From assembly GCA_947482345.1 (NCBI GenBank), contig CANKJN010000004.1, positions 234-64,233 of the forward strand: 64,000 nucleotides of DNA, given 5' to 3'. Numbering within the stretch: the stretch's first letter is position 1; every line of letters begins with the position of its first letter. This stretch comes from Spartobacteria bacterium. Lineage in GTDB: Bacteria; Verrucomicrobiota; Verrucomicrobiia; Chthoniobacterales; UBA6821. This document shows, piece by piece, positions 47,166 to 56,441 of this stretch. The notes under the pieces are model-generated. The model searched no databases. It had not been told where the DNA came from and saw only the letters and a list, made by a program, of their open reading frames with translations. The position numbers and the translations under genes were made by a program.

Positions 47166-49355
47166 CTACCTCAGGAAGGCCTCGTGGAGGCCGCCGTCGA
47201 CCGTGATGATCTGTCCGGTGGTCTTGCTGAGGCGCTGGCTGACGAGGAGGAAGTAGGCCTCCGCCTGGTCTGCCGGGGTGATCGGGGCCTTCGTGAGGGT
47301 GCGGTCGGCGTAGAACTGCGCCAGCTTGCTCACGAGCGACTCGGTCGCCTCGTCGTCGGTGTAGGGAATGTTGTACTTGGCCAGCGACCCGATGACCCGG
47401 TCGCGCGGGAACATCGCGCTCCCCTGGACGACGGTCGCCGGGGCGACGCCGTTCACGCGGACGAGCGGCGCAAGTTCCATGGCAAGCTCGCGCACGAGGT
47501 GGTTGGCGGCGGCCTTCGAGGTGTCGTAGGCAAGGCTGCCCTTCTTGGCGACGGCGGCGTTCGCGCTGGTGGTGAGCACCATGGCTCCGCGCAGCCCCTG
47601 CTCCTTGAAGGTCCGAGAGGCCTCGTCGGCGACGAGGTAGCTGCCGGTGACGTTGATGTTGAAGGTGAGGGCCCACTTGTCATCGGGGATGTGGCCGGTC
47701 GTGTCGCTCGGGACGAAGATGCCCGCGGTGACCTCGATGGCGTCGAATCCGCCGTAGGCGAGGGCGACCTGGTCAAGCATCGCGCGGATGCTGGCACGAT
47801 CGGTGATGTTGCCGCCGAATCCGATGGCCGGGCCGCAGCCGCTGACTCCGGTGCCCGCGACACCGATGCCGATGCCGTACTTGTCGGTGATCTCCTTGGC
47901 GGTCGCCTCGGCGGCGGCCTGGTTCAGGTCGACGCAGACGATGTGCGCCCCTTCCTTCACGAGGCGGTGGGCGGTCTCCTTGCCGATGCCGGATCCGGCG
48001 CCGATCACGATGTGGATCTGGCGTGCGAGTTCCTTCTCGGCGGGCATGCGCTGGAGCTTGGCCTCCTCGAGGAGCCAATACTCGATGTCAAACGCCTCCT
48101 GCTGGGGCAGGGAGACATACTCGTCGATCGCCTCGGCGCCTCGCATGACCTCGACTGCGCAGTTATAGAACTCCGCGGTGACGCGGCTCTCGCTCTTGTC
48201 CTTGCCCCACGCGACCATTCCCAGTCCGGGGATGAGGATGACGGTCGGGTTCGGATCGCGCATCGCGGGGGAGTTCGCGTGCTTGCAGCGGTCGTAGTAG
48301 GCGGCGTAGTCGGCGCGGTAGGCGTCGAGGCCGGCGGAGAGCTTGGCCTTGAGTGCCGCGACATCCTCGGTCTGGGGATTCCAGTCGACGTAGAGGGGCT
48401 TGATCTTCGTGCGGAGGAAGTGATCCGGGCAGGAGGTGCCGAGCTCGGCGAGGCGGGCGGCATCCTTGGAGTTCACGAAGCGGAGGATCTTCTCGTCGGA
48501 CTGGATGGTGCCGACAAAGCGCTTCTGCTGGCTGACCTGACCGCGGAGCCAGGGAAGGATGGCGGCGAAGGCCTTGTCACGGGCTGACTCGTCGAGCGAC
48601 TGGTACTTGGCACCGCCGAACGCGGCGGCGTCTCCACCCTTGGCGGCATACTTCTCCTCGATGTAGGCGGCGGCCTTGTCGATGAAGGCGAGGGTCTTTG
48701 CGTAGCAGGTCTTGGCATCGTCATCCCATGAGATGAAGCCGTGCTGACCCATCATGAGGGCCTTGATCTTGGGATTCTTGCGCTCGATCTCCTGCATGGC
48801 GAGACCGAGCTCGAAGCCGGGGCGCATCCAGGGAACGTACTCCATCTCGCCGCCGAAGATCTCCTTCGTCAGCTCCTGGCAACGCTTGCTCGCCGCGACG
48901 GCGATGACGGCGTTCGGGTGCATGTGATCCACGCACTTGCCTGTCAGGAAGCTATGGAGCGGCGTGTCGATCGAGGAGGGGCGGGGATTGAGGTTGAAGG
49001 TCGTGTGGGCGTAAGCGCCGACCATGTCGTCCTCGGCCTGGGACTTCAGCCCCTTGTCGGCGCGGGCGCCGTAGCTCTTCTGCAGACCGATCAGCTTCTC
49101 CTGATAGAGGGAGGAGAAGTTCTCGCGCTTGGAGGTGCGGAGATCGCCGCCGGAGCCCTTCACCCAGAGCACCTCGACCATCTCGCCGGTGAGGGGATCC
49201 TTCTCCATGATCTTGGAGGAAGTGTTGCCGCCTCCGGTGTTGGTGATGCGCTGGTCGGAGCCGAGCAGGTTGGAGCGGTAGACGAGCTGGTCGACGGGAT
49301 CGAGCTTGGAGGCCTTGGCGTCATCCCAGAGGTTGGGCAGTGGTTGGTAGGGCAT
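47166..49355 (-). CDS. rhaEW: bifunctional rhamnulose-1-phosphate aldolase / short-chain (lactaldehyde) dehydrogenase, RhaEW type
   Basis: YRSNLLG..TNTGGGNTSSK, VDHMHP, SCPDHFLRTK; SDR half GAGSGIG and YDTSK. Confidence 0.9.
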   Translation of the reverse strand: MPYQPLPNLWDDAKASKLDPVDQLVYRSNLLGSDQRITNTGGGNTSSKIMEKDPLTGEMVEVLWVKGSGGDLRTSKRENFSSLYQEKLIGLQKSYGARADKGLKSQAEDDMVGAYAHTTFNLNPRPSSIDTPLHSFLTGKCVDHMHPNAVIAVAASKRCQELTKEIFGGEMEYVPWMRPGFELGLAMQEIERKNPKIKALMMGQHGFISWDDDAKTCYAKTLAFIDKAAAYIEEKYAAKGGDAAAFGGAKYQSLDESARDKAFAAILPWLRGQVSQQKRFVGTIQSDEKILRFVNSKDAARLAELGTSCPDHFLRTKIKPLYVDWNPQTEDVAALKAKLSAGLDAYRADYAAYYDRCKHANSPAMRDPNPTVILIPGLGMVAWGKDKSESRVTAEFYNCAVEVMRGAEAIDEYVSLPQQEAFDIEYWLLEEAKLQRMPAEKELARQIHIVIGAGSGIGKETAHRLVKEGAHIVCVDLNQAAAEATAKEITDKYGIGIGVAGTGVSGCGPAIGFGGNITDRASIRAMLDQVALAYGGFDAIEVTAGIFVPSDTTGHIPDDKWALTFNINVTGSYLVADEASRTFKEQGLRGAMVLTTSANAAVAKKGSLAYDTSKAAANHLVRELAMELAPLVRVNGVAPATVVQGSAMFPRDRVIGSLAKYNIPYTDDEATESLVSKLAQFYADRTLTKAPITPADQAEAYFLLVSQRLSKTTGQIITVDGGLHEAFLR

Positions 49356-49365
49356 GGTGTTTGAG

Positions 49366-49480
49366 GTTAAAAGGTGAAAGGTTGAAGTGTTAGAACGTGA
49401 CGATGGGCTGCAATTTTTTGGATTTCAGGGTTTGTAGGTTTAGGTTTTTGAACTTTTTAACAACTAGACATCTTTAACGA
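49366..49480. repeat. inverted GTTAAAA/GTGAAAG - TTTTAAC heptamer element (family D); also 36520-36735, 51938-52035
   Basis: GTTAAAAGGTGAAAGGTTGAAGTGTTAGAA ... TTTTTAACAACTAGACATCTTTAAC. Confidence 0.65.
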
Positions 49481-49493
49481 TTTTAAGATCGCT

Positions 49494-50984
49494 TTATGGG
49501 AGGGCCGTGAAGCGTCCATAGGCCGCTTCCCAGACCGCGGGTTCCTGCGGTTCGTAGGTATTCTGAGGGAAGGATCGGGCCACGATGGCCCGGGCCTCCG
49601 CCAGCGAGGAGACCGCGCCGCCGGCGATTGCCTGGATAAGGATATTCCCCGCGGCCGTCGCCTCGACGGGGCCCGTGATGACCTTCCGCCCGGTGGCGCT
49701 GGCGGCGCACTGGTTGAGAAGTTGGTTGCGGGTGCCGCCGCCGACAATGTGGAGTCGGTTGATCGGCTTGCCGGTGAGTTGTTCCAGCTCCGAGAGGCTC
49801 TTGCGGTAGAGCAGGGAGAGGCTCTCGAGAATGCAGCGGGCGATCGCACCCACCGATCCGGGAACAGGCTGGGATGTCTCCCGGCAATACTCGGCAATGC
49901 GCGCCGGCATGCCTCCCGAGGCGGCGCTTCCTCCGGAGCGCAGGAAGCGCGGGTCGCCGGGATTGATGAGCGAGACAAGCGCCGGTGCCTCGAGGGCCAG
50001 ATTCAACAAGTCGGTGTAGGTGTACTCATGACCGCTCTCGCGCCAGAAGCGCATGCATTCCTGAAGGATCCAGAGGCCGGCGATATTCTTGAGAAGCCGT
50101 ATCATTCCTCGATGCCCGACCTCGTTGGTGAAATTCAGCGTTCTCGCCTCTTCGGTAAGAACGGGTTGAGGTGATTCGACGCCAAGAAGCGACCAGGTTC
50201 CGGAGCTGAGGTAGGCCCATCCCTCTTCATCGCTCGCCGGAACGGCGGCCACTGCAGCCCCGGTGTCGTGTGAACAGGTGGCGACCACCTTCACCTGTCC
50301 GAGACGGGTCTCCTCCTGGAGTTCCTCCGTGAGGGTGCCGATGAGCGTGCCGGAGGGGACGATTTCGGGAAAAATCGCCGCTGGCAGACCGAGGCGTGCG
50401 ATCAGGGGACCGGCCCAGTCATGCTTCGCCGGATCGAAGAGCTGGGTCGTGCTGGCGAGCGACGCCTCAGCCACCGGGTCGCCGCCGAGCAGGTGGTTAA
50501 TGGCATCGGCGATGAGGAGAAAGCGGTCGGCAAATTTCAGGATCTCGGGGCGCTGTAGCAGATCCGTATGGAGCTGGCAGAGCGAATTGAGCGTCATGAA
50601 CTGGATGCCGGTCGTCGCGTAGATCTCCTCCCTCGTGACGTCTCCAAGGCGCTCGTAGGAACCATCAGTCCGCTCGTCGCGGTACTGGTAGGGAACGCCA
50701 AGGAACGGCTCGCGACCCTTCATCAGCACATAATCGACCCCCCAGGAATCGGCGCTGAGCGAGCGGATTGGAAGGTCGCGGGCCCCGGCCTTCCTCAGTC
50801 CCTCGATAATCTCGGCGTAGAGATGAAGAAAATCCCAGCGGCGCGAACCGTTGACCACCACCGCCTTGTTGGCAAAACGATGCAGTTCCTCAAGCGTCAG
50901 GCGGCCGTCCCAAAGGGTGCCGAGCATGACGCGGCCGCTTTCGGCTCCAAGATCGATGGCCAGATAGTGGGAGTGGGAAGACAT
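49494..50984 (-). CDS. rhaB: rhamnulokinase/fuculokinase (FGGY)
   Basis: AIDLGAESGR, HDTGAAV, YLSSGTWSL, NFTNE, LKNIAGLW, GPVEATAAGN. Confidence 0.9.
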   Translation of the reverse strand: MSSHSHYLAIDLGAESGRVMLGTLWDGRLTLEELHRFANKAVVVNGSRRWDFLHLYAEIIEGLRKAGARDLPIRSLSADSWGVDYVLMKGREPFLGVPYQYRDERTDGSYERLGDVTREEIYATTGIQFMTLNSLCQLHTDLLQRPEILKFADRFLLIADAINHLLGGDPVAEASLASTTQLFDPAKHDWAGPLIARLGLPAAIFPEIVPSGTLIGTLTEELQEETRLGQVKVVATCSHDTGAAVAAVPASDEEGWAYLSSGTWSLLGVESPQPVLTEEARTLNFTNEVGHRGMIRLLKNIAGLWILQECMRFWRESGHEYTYTDLLNLALEAPALVSLINPGDPRFLRSGGSAASGGMPARIAEYCRETSQPVPGSVGAIARCILESLSLLYRKSLSELEQLTGKPINRLHIVGGGTRNQLLNQCAASATGRKVITGPVEATAAGNILIQAIAGGAVSSLAEARAIVARSFPQNTYEPQEPAVWEAAYGRFTALP

Positions 50985-50998
50985 TGGGGAGAGGGGCG

Positions 50999-51166
50999 AG
51001 TAAGGCTGAAGGGGTTTAGACTGAAGGCTGAAGGAGGGAGAAGGAAAAGGTTAAATGGTGAGAGGCTGGACAACGGGGGGAACTCTTCGGTCGTGTTGGC
51101 AGGTTCTTTTTGGGTTTTGGATGCTTGGTTTTTCCTAACAGGCTAAAAGTCTTCAGCCTAATAGCC
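50999..51166. repeat. inverted GGCTGAA/CTGTTAG - CTAACAG/TTCAGCC heptamer element (family B); also ~42-70, 10349-10377, 17601-17632, 53812-53836
   Basis: GTAAGGCTGAAGGGGTTTAGACTGAAGGCTGAAGG ... CCTAACAGGCTAAAAGTCTTCAGCCTAATAGCCT. Confidence 0.7.
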
Positions 51167-51177
51167 TCTCCCTCTCG

Positions 51178-51930
51178 TCAGAGCTTCAATACCTTGCGGC
51201 GGTAGTGTTCGTCGGAGCGGCCTGAGATGCGGGCAACGTTCTCGGGCGTGAGGAAGACGGGGCCTCCCAGCGCCGCGGCGCCGACGAAGATCTTCGCAGC
51301 CTTCTCGGCCATCATGAGCGAGGCCATGACGCCGGCGGGGCTGCCGCCGAGGGCTATGATCCCGTGGTTCTGGAGCAGGATGATGCGCGGCGGTTCGCCG
51401 TGGCGGGAGATGAAGTCCTTCACCCCCGAGGCGATCGCGCGGGCGAGATGGACGCCGGGATCGGTGTAGGGAACGAGTACCGACTCGGTGCCGCAGCAGA
51501 CGATCTCGTCGGGGAAGGTGCGCTTGGTGGCGTACTCCTCCGCGCGGGGCGAGCAGAGGATCTGGTTCACCGCGATGGCGTGAACGTGGCCGACGAAGGA
51601 AATGCCCGGAAGCGACAGGAGGTAGGCGTGGAAGAGTCCCTCGACGGATGGTTTCGCGGCGTTCTTGTCGACGCGGCTCTCAAGCAGCAGGCGCTCCACG
51701 TCCTCGTCGGCCCAGGTTCCCTCAAGCAGGGGAAGCAGGGTCGAGAAGCGGCAGAGGGTCAATCCCGGCTCGCCAAGCGTGCCGAGGCAGTGCCCGCTCG
51801 CCTTCACAAGGAAGGTCTCGTCATCGACACGGGTCGAGGCGTTCCCCTCGCCGAGGATCGCCATCCCGCGCTCCTCGCGGCCGAGGTCGTGACAGAGCCC
51901 GATGAGTTTCTGGGTGAGTTCGGAAGACAT
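51178..51930 (-). CDS. class II aldolase/adducin family protein
   Basis: GEGNAS, PSVEGLFH, GHVH metal motif, LLQNHG. Confidence 0.88.
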   Translation of the reverse strand: MSSELTQKLIGLCHDLGREERGMAILGEGNASTRVDDETFLVKASGHCLGTLGEPGLTLCRFSTLLPLLEGTWADEDVERLLLESRVDKNAAKPSVEGLFHAYLLSLPGISFVGHVHAIAVNQILCSPRAEEYATKRTFPDEIVCCGTESVLVPYTDPGVHLARAIASGVKDFISRHGEPPRIILLQNHGIIALGGSPAGVMASLMMAEKAAKIFVGAAALGGPVFLTPENVARISGRSDEHYRRKVLKL

Positions 51931-52049
51931 GATTGAGAAAGTGAAAATGGTTAGAAGGTTAGAAAGTGAAAAAGTCGGGAGGCAGTGGGCGGAAGATGAA
52001 TCCGTTTTAACCTTTCAACTTTTTAACGTTTTAACAGGTCCAGTAGTGA

Positions 52050-53675
52050 TCAGATCTCCCCGCAGATGGCGACCTTCATGCCAAGCTCGCGCATTGCGGC
52101 GGCCTTGGCGAAGAGGCCCTTCTTCGCGCCCTCCTTGTCGGGTGCGTAGACGACCTGGATGTGGTTGGCCTTGTGGCGGGCCATCATCTCGTCGCGGCTG
52201 ATGCCGGGGAGGATGGTGTGCATGATCGGCCACTGCGGCGTGGAGAGCTTCCAGCGATCCTCGGTCTCGGCCTGCGGCAGCTCGACGATCTCGCCGAGGC
52301 CTGTGTCGTAGCAGAGCTCGCCGCCGTCGATGAAGATACGGCTCCAGACGATCCAGCCCGGCTTGCTGACTCCCTTGACGGTACCGCCGCCGAGGCGGAA
52401 GTACATGGAGGGCTGGCGCTCGCTCGAGGTTCCCTTGAAGCCGCCGATGAAGTGGGCGGGAGGTGCGGCGCCGGAGATGAGGAATACCCAGACATAGGCG
52501 TCGAGGGTCTCGGAGAGATTCTTGCCGCCGGGACCCTTGTAATGCCGGCCCCACCGGAGATCGTGGAGCGTGTTCTCGGGCGCAAAGCCGAGCTGGCGCC
52601 AGAGCTTGTAGGTGATGAGTCCGTCGAGACCGGAGCACTCGTCCACTTCGTTGAAGTGCGGGAGCGCCTCGCCGGCGAAAAGTTCCTTGCCGGTCACCTC
52701 GTCATAAACGGGGGGACGCTCGACGTTGTTAAGGAGTCCCTCGACGAGGTCGGAGGCGGGAGCGAGGTCCTTGAGGCCCTGCTGGTACTGGATGCCGATC
52801 GTGGCGCATCCGAACTCCTCGGCGATGCGGACGGCGGCGATGTACATCTTGCACTGCTGGAGGATCTGGTTCTCGGTGAGGTCGTTCTCCTCGCTGGGGC
52901 CGAACTTGAAGGTCATGCCGCGGTCGAGGAGCCACTGGTAGACGGCGCGCGCCTCCTCGTCCTTGACGGTGAGCATCTTGGCGTAGAGCGCGGACTGACT
53001 GAGGCGCTCCTTGAAGACGCCGGTCTTGTGGATGAGCTCGTCCGGGATGATCGCGTTGTACATGCCCATGCAACCCTCGTCGAAGACACCCATGATCTCC
53101 TTGTGATCGCGGAACTTCCTGGCGAACTCGGTGCCGAGCTTCTCGGCATCGGCGGGAACGCCGGCCTTCTCGTAAGCCTTCACATGAGGGGTGACATGGG
53201 TGACGCTGCCGGTGGTCAACCAGGAGCGGAGTCCCTTGAGGAACGCCTCGTCGCTGAAGTCATCGCTCCAGAGGGTGCTGTACTTCACGCCCGCCTTGGT
53301 GAGGGAGCCGTTGAGGTTGAGCATGCCGACGAGGCCGGGCCAGGTGCCGCTCCAGTTGGCGACGGTCAGGATCGGACCCTGATGGGTGAGGAGTCCCTGC
53401 AGGAGATGGTGGCTGTACTGCCAGACAGCCTCGGCGACGATGATCGGGGCGTCCTTGGGGATGTTGCGGAAGACCTCCATGCCGTACTTCTGGCTGTCGA
53501 TGAAGCTGTGGCCTTTCTTCGCATCAAAGCCGTGACCGCGGCGGATCGTGCGGCCTTCCTTTTCCACGGCCTTGATCAGCAGGGCCTCCATGGCCTGCTG
53601 CGCCTCCTCGCATTTCTGGTTGGCGGAGGTGCGGAGATCGCCGTTGGCGATGAGGATGATGTCTTGGGTGCTCAT
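52050..53675 (-). CDS. L-fucose/L-arabinose isomerase family protein
   Basis: [13 protein letters not shown] and C-terminal KANH resemble the metal ligands of the FucI fold; sits in a deoxyhexose locus. Confidence 0.72.
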   Translation of the reverse strand: MSTQDIILIANGDLRTSANQKCEEAQQAMEALLIKAVEKEGRTIRRGHGFDAKKGHSFIDSQKYGMEVFRNIPKDAPIIVAEAVWQYSHHLLQGLLTHQGPILTVANWSGTWPGLVGMLNLNGSLTKAGVKYSTLWSDDFSDEAFLKGLRSWLTTGSVTHVTPHVKAYEKAGVPADAEKLGTEFARKFRDHKEIMGVFDEGCMGMYNAIIPDELIHKTGVFKERLSQSALYAKMLTVKDEEARAVYQWLLDRGMTFKFGPSEENDLTENQILQQCKMYIAAVRIAEEFGCATIGIQYQQGLKDLAPASDLVEGLLNNVERPPVYDEVTGKELFAGEALPHFNEVDECSGLDGLITYKLWRQLGFAPENTLHDLRWGRHYKGPGGKNLSETLDAYVWVFLISGAAPPAHFIGGFKGTSSERQPSMYFRLGGGTVKGVSKPGWIVWSRIFIDGGELCYDTGLGEIVELPQAETEDRWKLSTPQWPIMHTILPGISRDEMMARHKANHIQVVYAPDKEGAKKGLFAKAAAMRELGMKVAICGEI

Positions 53676-53845
53676 GGTGGTTAGGTGATAGGACTATAGG
53701 TTATTGGGGATAGGTGATGGGGTATCGGGGAAAACGGGGAGGAAGAAGTCGGTGATGGGTGATCGGGGAACACGCGACTCTCGTCTCTCGTCTTTCGACG
53801 GCTGTTTTTTATGCTGTAAGCTATTAGTCTGTTAGGGGTGAATTT

Positions 53846-54628
53846 TCAGGACTGAGAGTGGAGAAGGACGCCGGGCTTGAGGGTGATGCCGGCTTGTCGG
53901 AGTTCGGGAAGGGAGAGATCGCTGACCAGGGTGTGGATCTTCGGCCATGATGCGAGATGCTCGGGGGCGGTGTGGCCCAGCTTGGTGCGGTCGAGGCAGA
54001 AGCAGGAGCGGCCCGCGCGCTTCATCACGGCCTGCTGGAGCCGGATGATGTCGTGCTGGGAATTCCAGAGCCCCTGTTCGTTCATTCCCTGCGCGCTCAG
54101 GAAGGCAATGTCGATCTGCTGCAGTGCCGCGGCCTTCACCGCCTCGTTGCCAAGCAGGACCGACTGGCGCTCAAGAAGCTGGCCGCCCAGCAGCATCGTC
54201 TTCGCTCCGGGCAGGGAGCCGAGTGTTTCCAGAAGGGCGAGGTTGTTGGTGATGACCGTGAGCTGCTCGGGCAGATGGCGCCGCAGTTCCTGGGCGATCG
54301 CAAAAGCAGTCGTGCCGGCATCCAGATAGACGCGCATTCCGGGCCTGATCAGCGAGGCCGCCGCGCGGGCGATGGATCCCTTGGCATCGGTTCCCTCGCG
54401 TAGTCGCTCGCGGAAGGAGGTGAAGGTCGCGTTGAATTCACCGAGCGCCCCGCCGTAGGTGCGGGTGATCCTCTCCTCGCTCTCCAGGGCAGTGAGATCA
54501 CGGCGGGCTGTCGCCTCGGAGACGCCCAACTCCTCGCAGAGCTCGCTGATCGGCAGGTAACCGCGCTCCAGAAGTAGCTCTGTCAGCCGCGAACGACGGG
54601 CCTCAACGATGTGTTTGGCAACACGCAT
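53846..54628 (-). CDS. DeoR/GlpR family transcriptional regulator
   Basis: VSEATARRDLTALE HTH, YLDAGTT, VITNN. Confidence 0.93.
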   Translation of the reverse strand: MRVAKHIVEARRSRLTELLLERGYLPISELCEELGVSEATARRDLTALESEERITRTYGGALGEFNATFTSFRERLREGTDAKGSIARAAASLIRPGMRVYLDAGTTAFAIAQELRRHLPEQLTVITNNLALLETLGSLPGAKTMLLGGQLLERQSVLLGNEAVKAAALQQIDIAFLSAQGMNEQGLWNSQHDIIRLQQAVMKRAGRSCFCLDRTKLGHTAPEHLASWPKIHTLVSDLSLPELRQAGITLKPGVLLHSQS

Positions 54629-54786
54629 GGTCGGCCAGTCTCTTGGCGGATATGATTGAAGTCAATCATTTGTTCTCCAATGCCATCACTGCCAAGCAAC
54701 GCCTTCTCCTAATCCCCTTGCTTAAGCCACGGTAAGCGGTCGCGCCAATTGTTGCATCATATGAGGGGGGCGAACCTGCCATTGTC

Positions 54787-55107
54787 ATGAAAACAGCACA
54801 CATCACCCCGAAATCACTCCTCCTCTCCGGCGCCTTGGGCATCGCGACCTTGGTGACCGCCTGCCAGACGGCTCCGCCGACACCGCCGGCCAACGCCGTC
54901 ACCTGCAACAAATGCAAGGTGGTCTGGGTCGAGCATTCCTACAACACGGGCTATGCGAAGCACCCCGGCGCCTATGTTCCCGTCAAAAGAAAGTTCATGG
55001 TCTGCCCCGACTGTGAGTCGGCGGTCGTCACCTTCTTCAAGACGGGTAAACTCAAGCACTCTTGCACACATTGCGGCGGCACCCTCATGCACTGCACTTA
55101 TCATTAG
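54787..55107 (+). CDS. small Cys-rich lipoprotein (three CxxC pairs)
   Basis: LVTAC lipobox; CNKC, CPDC, CTHC and terminal HCTYH. Confidence 0.7.
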   Translation: MKTAHITPKSLLLSGALGIATLVTACQTAPPTPPANAVTCNKCKVVWVEHSYNTGYAKHPGAYVPVKRKFMVCPDCESAVVTFFKTGKLKHSCTHCGGTLMHCTYH

Positions 55108-55300
55108 GAAAACAACGGGGGGGAGGCAGGTTTTTTCGGCCCCTCCCACACCCCGTCCTTTCATGAAGTGATTACCCGCAGGGCGCCGGATCCCCCGGAA
55201 AATCTTCGAAGCGCGGTATGATTCTTCACGTCCCCCATCGCGTTATCTCCTTGCCCGAAGAGATCAGGAGATTTCTAATCCTCATCCCTCCCCGCACCAT

Positions 55301-55375
55301 GCGCGATTAGCTCAGCGGTAGAGCGCTTGCTTCACACGCAAGAAGTCACAGGTTCGAACCCTGTATCGCGCACCA
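55301..55375 (+). tRNA. tRNA-Val (anticodon CAC)
   Basis: GCGCGAT/ATCGCGC acceptor stem, D arm, CTTGC-TTCACAC-GCAAG anticodon arm, GGTTCGAA T loop, encoded CCA. Confidence 0.96.
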
Positions 55376-55741
55376 CTTTCCAAAAGGCCTGAATAACTCT
55401 TTCAGGCTTATAAATAAAGCCTCCACAGGCGATTGCCCTCCTAGGCTCCTCCTCGCGGATTTCCGCGGATCCCGCGTATTTTTGTTACCGTTTGTTACCT
55501 TTCCGGGTGACTCCTGCGGCCCACTGCGGCCTAGCGCTCGGAGGCATGATGAAGGAGAGAGCAATCAGCGAGAAAATCTTGCGTCACATTCCCGCGATTC
55601 ACTCGGTTCCCGAGTCACGCCATCAGGAGGCTTACGCCCACATAGGAACCGAGTTACAGATCAATACCCATCCAGAACGACCGCACCTGTAGCGAGTTCC
55701 ATCAGAAACTCTGCAGCAGTAACTTCGGAGATCTGGTGAGG

Positions 55742-56125
55742 CTATTTCGACTTTTTGGGAAGCCTGTCGAGAGAAACTCGCTTGTAAGCCTTCTTCTGAG
55801 AGGTATTGGGATGTTTTTCAAGGCCCAGGATAGTGATGGCACCTTTTTCAGGGCCATATGTCCAAAACATGCGCCTCGCTCCAGCCTTTCTGTTTTCAAG
55901 GTAGCTCTGCCATACCTTGAACCCGTATTTTTTGCTCAGGTCATCAATCTCGTGAGATTCCAGTCCGGGATGGCGAGGGTTGACGCTTAGCAGTTCCACG
56001 GCCTTAGACCACTTGTCAAAAAGCTCCCTTTCCTCAGAATCTAGGGTCTTAGCCTCAGCCTTTTGCTGAAGATCATTCCATAGGTGGAGCATTTCGGGCT
56101 CCCCCATGAAAATCTCAAAATTCAC
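55742..56125 (-). CDS. RelE/ParE-superfamily toxin
   Basis: LLSVNPRHPGLESHEI and RMFWTYGP...ITILGLEKHP; 4-bp ATGA overlap with the upstream gene. Confidence 0.68.
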   Translation of the reverse strand: MNFEIFMGEPEMLHLWNDLQQKAEAKTLDSEERELFDKWSKAVELLSVNPRHPGLESHEIDDLSKKYGFKVWQSYLENRKAGARRMFWTYGPEKGAITILGLEKHPNTSQKKAYKRVSLDRLPKKSK

Positions 56126-56385
56126 GAGCGGAGGGCGCGTCTTGCTGCCTTGATGTCAATCGGGCCGGAAACCTTGCCTGCCTTTAGATTGCCAATGGAT
56201 CGCTTGATCTGACGCAGGGTCTCGGAGGAAATCGGCGGATCTGCCACGAGCCGTTGAGGAGAGACCAGCATGTGTCCATCCCTGAACACTTTGACAGACC
56301 AGTGCTTGGTTTTGGCTCCACGGATGGCAAATCGGTTCTTCCCATCAAGGTGTACGCTGTATTCTTTTTCGAGGACGGCAGGCAT
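56122..56385 (-). CDS. putative antitoxin with AbrB/MraZ-like N-terminus
   Basis: VHLDGKNRFAI resembles the AbrB/MraZ swapped hairpin; small gene translationally coupled upstream of the toxin. Confidence 0.6.
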   Translation of the reverse strand: MPAVLEKEYSVHLDGKNRFAIRGAKTKHWSVKVFRDGHMLVSPQRLVADPPISSETLRQIKRSIGNLKAGKVSGPIDIKAARRALRS

Positions 56386-56400
56386 AAAGATTTATAAGAT

Positions 56401-56441
56401 GTGGGATATCCCACCTTACGGTCGCCTCGTGCATATGTCAA
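56401..56441 (-). promoter_or_regulatory. sigma70 promoter with palindromic operator for the TA operon
   Basis: TTGACA (56441-56436)-N17-TAAGGT (56418-56413); perfect 14-bp palindrome GTGGGATATCCCAC at 56401-56414. Confidence 0.7.

Noticed and set aside
46076-53836. Repeats as a CRISPR array
   Set aside because: No constant 23-47 bp repeat with regular unique spacers and no cas genes; the units are short heptamers in inverted arms.
54787-55107. Multiheme cytochrome c
   Set aside because: None of the CxxC pairs is followed directly by His (no CxxCH).
55400-55740. Integrase remnant next to the tRNA
   Set aside because: Short ORFs here lack convincing R-HxxR-H-Y tyrosine recombinase motifs.
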